Assembly (NCBI GenBank): GCA_945876945.1 | Contig: CAMCQE010000005.1 | Coordinates: 922 to 64,921 of the forward strand | DNA length: 64,000 bases | Reading direction: 5' to 3' | DNA from: Klebsiella pneumoniae | GTDB lineage: Bacteria; Pseudomonadota; Gammaproteobacteria; Ga0077536 | In this document: piece by piece, positions 57,750 through 64,000 of the stretch | Layout: each line of letters starts with the position of its first letter | How positions within the stretch are numbered: position 1 is the first letter of the stretch | The notes under the pieces: model-generated | The model's database searches: none | What the model was told of the DNA's origin: nothing | Seen by the model: the letters and a program-made list of their open reading frames with translations, nothing else | Translations under genes and position numbers: made by a program

Positions 57750-58829
57750 TCAAGCATCGTTATTCCCGAAAACCTGTTGCTTCTGGGCGGCGGAAAAATC
57801 GAGCAGGCGCTTGATGGGCAACACCGCGCGGGCCGCGAGCTCGGCCGAGACCTGAGTCTCGTTGCCACCGGTGCGCAGCGTCTGCGCCAGTTTGCGCAGG
57901 CCGTTCATCGCCATCCACGGGCAGTGGGCGCAGCTGCGACAGGTGGCGCTATAGCCGGCGGTCGGCGCTTCGAGCAGGGTTTTGCCCGGTGCGGCCTGCT
58001 GCATCTTGTAGAAAATGCCGCGATCGGTGGCGACGATGAAGGTCTGCGCGGGCAAGGTTTTCACCGCCGTAATGAGCTGCGAGGTGGAGCCCACCACGTC
58101 GGCCAGCGCAATCACCGACGGCGGAGATTCCGGATGCACCAGCACTTTGGCTTGCGGGTGAGTGGCGATTAGGTCTGCCAGCTCCTGGCCTTTGAACTCC
58201 TCGTGGACGATGCAGGCGCCGTTCCACAGCAACATGTCGGCGCCGGTATTCACGCGGATGTAGTCGCCCAGATAGCGATCGGGCGCCCACAAAATCTTTT
58301 TGCCTTCCGCGTGCAAATGACGCACCACGTCGAGCGCGCTGCCGGAAGTCACCATCCAGTCGGCGCGCGCCTTCACCGCCGCGCTGGTGTTGGCGTAGAC
58401 CACCACGGTGCGGTCTGGATGCTGGTCGCAGAAGGCCGCGAACTGATCTGCCGGGCAGCCCAGATCGAGCGAGCACTCGGCGCCCAGATCCGGCATCAGC
58501 ACGCGTTTTTCGGGATTGAGAATCTTGGCCGTCTCGCCCATGAAGCGCACGCCCGCCACCACCAGGGTTTGCGCCGGGTGTTCGTGGCCGAAGCGCGCCA
58601 TATCAAGAGAGTCGGAAACGTAACCGCCGGTGGCTTCGGCCAGTGCCTGCAGATCGGGATTGGTGTAGTAGTGCGCCACCAGCACCGCGTTCTCACGTGC
58701 CAGCAGCGTGCGAATTTCGGCGGTGAGCGCTTCGCGCTCGGCGTCATCAAGGCGCTCGTTCAGGGTGGGCGGCACATGGAACGCCGGCAGGGGCAGGTTG
58801 ACGGTGTGGGCGATAGTGTCGGGATTCAT
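57750..58829 (-). CDS. nadA: quinolinate synthase
   Basis: 359 aa from ATG 58829 (GAGG upstream). Has VAHYY, ILWAPD, and C..C..CPWM. The 82-codon track extension was dropped. Confidence 0.92.
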   Translation of the reverse strand: MNPDTIAHTVNLPLPAFHVPPTLNERLDDAEREALTAEIRTLLARENAVLVAHYYTNPDLQALAEATGGYVSDSLDMARFGHEHPAQTLVVAGVRFMGETAKILNPEKRVLMPDLGAECSLDLGCPADQFAAFCDQHPDRTVVVYANTSAAVKARADWMVTSGSALDVVRHLHAEGKKILWAPDRYLGDYIRVNTGADMLLWNGACIVHEEFKGQELADLIATHPQAKVLVHPESPPSVIALADVVGSTSQLITAVKTLPAQTFIVATDRGIFYKMQQAAPGKTLLEAPTAGYSATCRSCAHCPWMAMNGLRKLAQTLRTGGNETQVSAELAARAVLPIKRLLDFSAAQKQQVFGNNDA

Positions 58830-59001
58830 TTGGCGGACCTCGGCGGGTGGGCGCTCACAGCGCGCGAATCGTTCGCGGCCTTCAGGCCGCTCCCACAAAA
58901 GCGCGGAACACGCGTTCCGCTCCCCCGCCACGTTGTGGCGCGCGGCCCACCGGCGGCGGGGCGCGCGTGCCCGAAGGGGCTCCGCAAGGTGGCGGCAGTG
59001 C

Positions 59002-60789
59002 TCAACTCTGCGCGGGCGGCGCTCCCTCGGCGCGCCGCAAGCGGATCCCCAGCTCGCGCATCTGCAACTCCCCAACCGGCGTGGGTGCGGCGGTAAGCGG
59101 GCAGCTGGCGGTTTGGGTTTTCGGGAAAGCGATGACTTCGCGAATCGAGCGCTCGCCGGACATCAACATCACCAGGCGGTCGAGGCCGAAGGCAATGCCG
59201 CCGTGGGGCGGCGCGCCGAACTGCAGCGCGTCCAGCAAAAAGCCAAACTTCTCGCGGGCTTCTTCTTCGCCAATCCCCAGCAGGCCAAACACCTTGGACT
59301 GCATGTGCTGGTGATGAATACGAATCGAGCCGCCGCCAATTTCGCTGCCGTTCAGCACCATGTCGTAGGCGCGGGACAAGGCCGCGCCAGGATTGGCCAC
59401 CACGGCATCGGCATCTTCGTGTGGCGCGGTAAAGGGATGATGGAGCGCGACCCAGCGCTTGCTGTCGGCGTCCCAGTCGAACATCGGGAAATCCACCACC
59501 CAGATCGGACGCCAGGCGTTCGCCACGAGGCCCAAATCCGCCGCCACCTTGTCGCGCAGCGCGCCCAGCGCGGCATTCACCACGCGAGTGTCGTCGGCGC
59601 CAAAGAAAATGAGGTCGCCGGTGACCGCGCCGGTGCGGGTCATGATGGCTTCCACCACGTTATCCGGCAGGAATTTGAGGATGGGCGACTGCAGCCCGTC
59701 GCGGCCGGCAGCGGCGTCGTTCACCTTGATGTAGGCCAGACCCTTGGCGCCATAAATGCCAACGAACTCGGTATAGGCGTCGATCTGGCTGCGCGAGAGT
59801 GCGTTACCCCCCGGCGCCTTGAGGGCGGCGATGCGGCAGTTGGGATTGTTGGCGGCGGCGGCGAAGACCTTGAACTCGATGTCGCGCATGACATCCGCCA
59901 GTTCCACCAGCTCCAGCGGGTTGCGCATATCCGGGCGGTCGCTGCCAAAACGATGCATGGCTTCGGCGTAGGTGATGCGCGGGAAAGGATTCGGCAGGTC
60001 CACGCCCTGCGCTTCTTTAAACAGTTCGCGAATCATGCGCTCCATCAGCGCGGTGACCGCCTGTTCGTCCACGAAGGACATTTCGATATCGAGCTGGGTG
60101 AATTCGGGCTGGCGATCGGCGCGCAGGTCTTCGTCGCGGAAGCAGCGAACAATCTGATAGTAGCGATCGAAACCCGCCACCATCAGCAGCTGCTTGAAGA
60201 GCTGCGGCGACTGCGGCAGGGCGAAGAACTTGCCGTTGTGCACGCGGCTCGGCACCAGATAGTCGCGCGCGCCTTCGGGCGTGGCCTTGGTCAGCACCGG
60301 GGTTTCGATGTCGAGAAAGCCGGCGTCGTCGAGAAAGCGCCGGAAGTAGCGCGCCACCTTCGCCCGCAACAGCATGTTGTCGCGCATGCGGGTGGTGCGG
60401 AGATCCATGTAGCGATAGCGCAGGCGGGTTTCTTCCTGCACGTTCGGGTCGTCGAGCTGGAAGGGCGGCGTGTTGGCCGTGTTGAGAATTTCCAGCTCAC
60501 GCACCAGCGCTTCCACCTTGCCGGTGCCGAGATTGGGATTGATGGTGCCCGCCGGACGGTGGCGCACCTTGGCGCGCGCCAGCAGCACATATTCGCTGCG
60601 CGCCCGCTCCGCCAGCGCGAAAGCTGCCGGGGTATCGGGGTCGATCACAATTTGCAGCACGCCCGCGCGATCGCGGAGGTCGATAAAAATCACGCCGCCA
60701 TGGTCGCGGCGGTGATGCACCCAGCCGCAAACGGTGACTTCCTGATCGATAAGGTCTTCGGTGACGTCACCGCAATAATGACTACGCAT
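59002..60789 (-). CDS. aspS: aspartate--tRNA ligase
   Basis: 595 aa, class II aaRS. Has N-terminal MRSHYCG, then [18 protein letters not shown] and GGGSIRIH. Confidence 0.97.
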   Translation of the reverse strand: MRSHYCGDVTEDLIDQEVTVCGWVHHRRDHGGVIFIDLRDRAGVLQIVIDPDTPAAFALAERARSEYVLLARAKVRHRPAGTINPNLGTGKVEALVRELEILNTANTPPFQLDDPNVQEETRLRYRYMDLRTTRMRDNMLLRAKVARYFRRFLDDAGFLDIETPVLTKATPEGARDYLVPSRVHNGKFFALPQSPQLFKQLLMVAGFDRYYQIVRCFRDEDLRADRQPEFTQLDIEMSFVDEQAVTALMERMIRELFKEAQGVDLPNPFPRITYAEAMHRFGSDRPDMRNPLELVELADVMRDIEFKVFAAAANNPNCRIAALKAPGGNALSRSQIDAYTEFVGIYGAKGLAYIKVNDAAAGRDGLQSPILKFLPDNVVEAIMTRTGAVTGDLIFFGADDTRVVNAALGALRDKVAADLGLVANAWRPIWVVDFPMFDWDADSKRWVALHHPFTAPHEDADAVVANPGAALSRAYDMVLNGSEIGGGSIRIHHQHMQSKVFGLLGIGEEEAREKFGFLLDALQFGAPPHGGIAFGLDRLVMLMSGERSIREVIAFPKTQTASCPLTAAPTPVGELQMRELGIRLRRAEGAPPAQS

Positions 60790-60927
60790 GGGCTTTACGG
60801 CTTTTGGCTACTGGGGAATTGGGGAAGGGCGGGCGCGAGCGTTCGGGAGTGCCGCCCCGGATCGTCCCGCATGATACGGGCCCGCTCCTAGGTGCTGCAA
60901 CGCGAGAGGTTGGCGTGGGCCGCGCGC

Positions 60928-61239
60928 TCAGCTCGCGTCACCGCCGCTGCTGGCGGGTTTGGTTTCCGCCGGGGCCGGCGCGGGCGTGGCGGCGGTTTCG
61001 GTCTTGGTGGTGCTGCTGGTGGTATCGCTGGACTCGGCCTTCGGGGCCGTCTTGCCCTTGTCCCGGAAGTCCGTCACGTACCAGCCCGAACCCTTCAGGG
61101 CGAAACCGACGGCGGAGATCTGTCGGGCCAGATCGGGCTTGCCGCAGTTCGGGCAGTCCTTCAGCGCGTCTTCGGACATCTTCTGCACGGCATCTAGCCG
61201 GTGCCCGCAGGCACCACAAAGATAGGAATACGTAGGCAT
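60928..61239 (-). CDS. FmdB-family zinc-ribbon protein
   Basis: N-terminus MPTYSYLCGACGHRLD...CPNCG, with a low-complexity C-terminal tail. Confidence 0.85.
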   Translation of the reverse strand: MPTYSYLCGACGHRLDAVQKMSEDALKDCPNCGKPDLARQISAVGFALKGSGWYVTDFRDKGKTAPKAESSDTTSSTTKTETAATPAPAPAETKPASSGGDAS

Positions 61240-61442
61240 GTGGCTCTCTTTGGCAAATCTGAATCAGGAAACTGCGACCGAAGATAAGGTCGCGACCGGG
61301 ATTTTCAAGGCAGAACAGGATTAGCGCCAGCGTTGCCGCTCGCCACGATGCAGCGCTGCCGCATTCTTGCTTGGTCTACCGGGGATGATTCGCTATCATC
61401 CGCCCTCCCAGCGCCGGCCCTCGTTGGCTGGCCACTCCGCAC

Positions 61443-61518
61443 GCGCCGTTAGCTCAGCTGGTAGAGCACCGGACTTTTAATCCGAGGGTCGTAGGTTCGA
61501 ATCCTACACGGCGCACCA
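61443..61518 (+). tRNA. tRNA-Lys (anticodon UUU)
   Basis: The cloverleaf was read by eye. The acceptor is GCGCCGT/ACGGCGC, the D arm GCTC-AGCTGGT-AGAGC, the anticodon arm CCGGA-CTTTTAA-TCCGA (one terminal C-A mismatch), and the T arm GTAGG-TTCGAAT-CCTAC. The 3' CCA is encoded. Confidence 0.95.
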
Positions 61519-61780
61519 TTTGAAGCTGGAAGAGCACGCTTCCGCTCGGTTACTCGCCATTGACGCATTCGGGTCTTCGGCCGGGGAGTCCCCGGATTGT
61601 CGAATCAGCGCTCAGTCCCTCTCACATCAGTCCCTGCCAAACCCCAAGCGATTGACGCAAACCCAACCCAACGCACGCCATGTGCCGGCGCGACAGATTA
61701 AAACTGGGCGCTCAGGAGTCTAGTGCCGTGGTGGTCTGGCTCCAGCAACATCCGACTATCGGATACGGAGCAAGGCCAGC

Positions 61781-62191
61781 ATGCCAGAGACTCTTTTCGA
61801 TCGGCTCGGCCAATGGTCGCAGGCCAGTCTGCAGATCAGCGGCGACGACGCGCTCAACGCCGTCGTTGACGCCTTCTACAGCAAAGTGCTCGAAGACCCC
61901 CGTCTGGCGCCGTTTTTTGAAGGCGCGGACATCGCGGCGCTCAAGCGGCATCAGTTTAATTTCATGCGCTTTGCGTTCAGCGAGGGCAGGGTCGGCAGCT
62001 ATTCGGGACGGAATATGCGTCAGGCGCACGAGCGCCTGATGCGCGAGAAAGGGCTCACCGGCACGCATTTCGACTACGTCGCAGAGGATCTGGTGGGCAC
62101 GCTGCAGCAGTTCAAGGTCCCGCAGGACATCATCGATGGCGTGGTGGCGGCGGTTAGCCCGCTCCGCGTGCACTTCGAACCTGCCGACTAA
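61781..62191 (+). CDS. glbN: group 1 truncated hemoglobin (trHbN)
   Basis: 136 aa. Has LFDRLG...VVDAFYSKVLEDPRLAPFF...LKRHQFNFM..., typical of 2-on-2 globins. Confidence 0.85.
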   Translation: MPETLFDRLGQWSQASLQISGDDALNAVVDAFYSKVLEDPRLAPFFEGADIAALKRHQFNFMRFAFSEGRVGSYSGRNMRQAHERLMREKGLTGTHFDYVAEDLVGTLQQFKVPQDIIDGVVAAVSPLRVHFEPAD

Positions 62192-62215
62192 AGCGCAACG
62201 CCTGCCCGGCGCACC

Positions 62216-62950
62216 TCACACCACCTTCACCGGCACACACAGCTGATACCCCGTGGTGCGGAGCGCGCGGAGGATTACCCCCTCAAAGCCCACCGCCTTG
62301 AAGCTCTGGCGTAGCCGCACCATGCGCACTTCGAGCGCGGCCTTGGTGTAGGTGTCGGGGTCTTCACGCATGGCTTCGATGAGCTGCCAATTCTCCAGCC
62401 GATTGCCCGGCGCCAGCGCCAAAGCGCTCAGCATGAGCGCGGGCCGCTCGCCAATGGCGACCTCGCCGGCGGGTCCGTGGAGGGTCAGGGTGCGCTGATT
62501 GAGCGTGGCAAGGGTGCTGCTGGAGGCGCTGGACGAGGACGGCGATGGCGGCACCCGGCGCCGAATCACGGCATTAATGACGGCGAGCAGTTCGTCGGGA
62601 TGCGTAGGCTTGGAGACAAAGGCGTCGGCGCCGGCGCGATAGCAGGCCAGGCGGTCGGCCACCTGATCGCGCGAGCTCACCACCACGATGGTGAGATGCG
62701 GACAGGCTTCCCGATATCGCCCCAGCAGGCTCACGCCGTCTTCGCCGGGCAGATTGAGGTCAACCATCAGCACATCGATGAGCGGGTCCAGAGCCTCGTC
62801 GCTGAGCGCTTCGGCAGAGGAAACACCCACCGCGTGATGCCCATGCTGCTGCAACAACTCCACCGTGACGGCGCACAGGCTTTCGTTGTCTTCCACAACG
62901 GTAATGCGCAGGCTTTGCGGCATGTCGGCGATCTGATTCATTGGATTCAA
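62216..62950 (-). CDS. OmpR/PhoB-type response regulator
   Basis: Receiver domain (VVEDN, MVDLNLPGEDG, ...SKP), a Ser/Pro linker, and a winged-helix output (...RMVRLRQSF...TTGYQL). Confidence 0.88.
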   Translation of the reverse strand: MNPMNQIADMPQSLRITVVEDNESLCAVTVELLQQHGHHAVGVSSAEALSDEALDPLIDVLMVDLNLPGEDGVSLLGRYREACPHLTIVVVSSRDQVADRLACYRAGADAFVSKPTHPDELLAVINAVIRRRVPPSPSSSSASSSTLATLNQRTLTLHGPAGEVAIGERPALMLSALALAPGNRLENWQLIEAMREDPDTYTKAALEVRMVRLRQSFKAVGFEGVILRALRTTGYQLCVPVKVV

Positions 62951-63012
62951 AGCCTAGCGATGCGGAGACTCTTTTCCCTACCCAAGCCTACGAACCGGTC
63001 GGTGAAAGGACT

Positions 63013-64000
63013 TCACTCTGGCAGGCGGAGTACAAACACCGCGTGCTCCGGGCCAGCTTCGTAGCTCAACTCCCCCCCTAGCCGGCGCGCCAGCAGGCGG
63101 GACAAATGCAAGCCCAGCCCCGTACCGCTCACCCGCCGCGCGGTCTCCGAGCGGTAGTACTTCTGGAACAGGAGCTGGGGGTCGGGCGCGTCGTTGTTGA
63201 ACAGTTCGTTGCGCACCCGCACCCGCTGGCAGACCCCTGCTTCGCGAGAGAGTTCCAGCACCACCCGCGAGCCGGCCGGCGAATAGCGCAGGGCGTTCTC
63301 AAGCAGATTGTTCACAATCACCGCGAGCATTCGCGGGTCCACCAGAATGCTCGGCAAATCCGCGCCGCCCACAATCTCAATCCGGGCCGGCTCGGTAGCG
63401 CCGTCCTGTAGCTGGCGCACTTCGGCCAGCAAGGCGCAGGCGCGCGGCACGAGGGGCACGTCCGGATCGTCCATGCGAACGGCCTGCGCGCAGTGATCGA
63501 TTACCCGCCCCATCGCCTCCAGGGCATTGCGCGCATGCCCCTGCATTTGCGGACTGGCGTTGGGGCTGCCAAACACCAGCCCCAGCGTAGACAGGGGCGC
63601 TTTGAGCTCGTGGGTGAGCATCATCATGAATTCCTGTTGGCGCTCGCGCTCGCCGCGCTCCATGGTCAGAGCCTGCGCGGTGAGTTCGGCCTGCCGGCGA
63701 TCGGCCTGCCGCTACGCGCGGACTTCGCCCAGCCGTTGCCAGGTGGCCACCAGGAGCACGCCGCTGGCAATCGCCGCGATCGCCAGCAGCAAACTGAGCG
63801 AGAAAGGCTCGTGCCGAAAGACATTGCCACCGGGGAAGGCCGCGAACCAGGCAAAGGGCAGCATTAACGCCAGGCCCAACCACCTCGCCACCGCTTGCAG
63901 CCGGGCAGCACGCGACTGGGAGACAGGCCGGGGGATCGGTAGCAACAGCGCCGCGACCGGCATCAGCACAAAGCCGACAAACACGAGCAGGACGAACAGA
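63013..64000 (-). pseudogene. sensor histidine kinase interrupted by an in-frame TAG (63712..63714); 5' end outside window
   Basis: The TM-rich frame 63715..64000 and the HisKA/HATPase frame 63013..63663 are the same reading frame. A single amber codon separates them, and linker-like sequence (RQADRRQAELTAQALT) continues after it. H-box is LTHELKAPL, with N and G boxes present. Confidence 0.65.

Noticed and set aside
58708-60891. 727-aa plus-strand ORF, the longest non-annotated ORF in the track
   Set aside because: It lies entirely antisense to aspS/nadA. Its composition is Arg/Ala/Gly-rich and low-complexity, with no recognisable motifs. This is a typical GC-driven shadow ORF.
61519-61780. 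Integrated element at tRNA-Lys (att repeat of the tRNA 3' end, integrase)
   Set aside because: I could find no integrase gene and no convincing repeat of the tRNA 3' end downstream. There is only a 7-nt TCGAATC match at ~61590.

Overview
This is a GC-rich chromosomal segment with gammaproteobacterial gene order (polA / DUF2782 / thrB; lptCAB-rpoN-hpf; ybgC-tolQRAB-pal-cpoB-queC; ruvCAB). Most of it is housekeeping. It runs from the tkt 3' end through gap-pgk and a convergent class I fba, then trpGDC, ilvA, rpiA, tatABC, hisAFIE, polA, thrB, and a PTS(Ntr)-like rapZ-npr-ptsI block. It continues with rpoN, lptCAB, kdsCD, mltF, queC, the tol-pal cluster, ruvABC, nadA, aspS and tRNA-Lys(UUU). The window ends with a truncated globin and a two-component pair. 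A looser accessory stretch lies at about 3.7-23 kb: thiolase, a PhyH-like protein, DUF1840, MFS, SDR, an AKR/CMD/DUF1499 set, cyclase, a PHP protein, eutBC, arsR-arsI-arsC-acr3 and an orphan RTX protein. I saw no transposase, integrase, CRISPR array or rRNA. The many long antisense ORFs in the track are GC-driven shadow ORFs. Several track ORFs carry spurious N-terminal extensions, which I trimmed to starts with a Shine-Dalgarno sequence or translational coupling. Four observations rank highest. (1) A SelW/Rdx-type selenoprotein gene (9423..9647, minus) is invisible to the ORF track because it has an in-frame TGA in a CxxU motif, followed by a SECIS-like hairpin. (2) A SiaA/SiaB/SiaC-like partner-switching operon (13169..15546) has a CBS-like sensor instead of the usual membrane/HAMP input and no diguanylate-cyclase output gene. 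(3) A sensor histidine kinase is split by an in-frame amber codon. (4) An orphan RTX protein carries a non-repeat insert domain. All function calls come from motif recognition by eye, and no database search or folding program was run.
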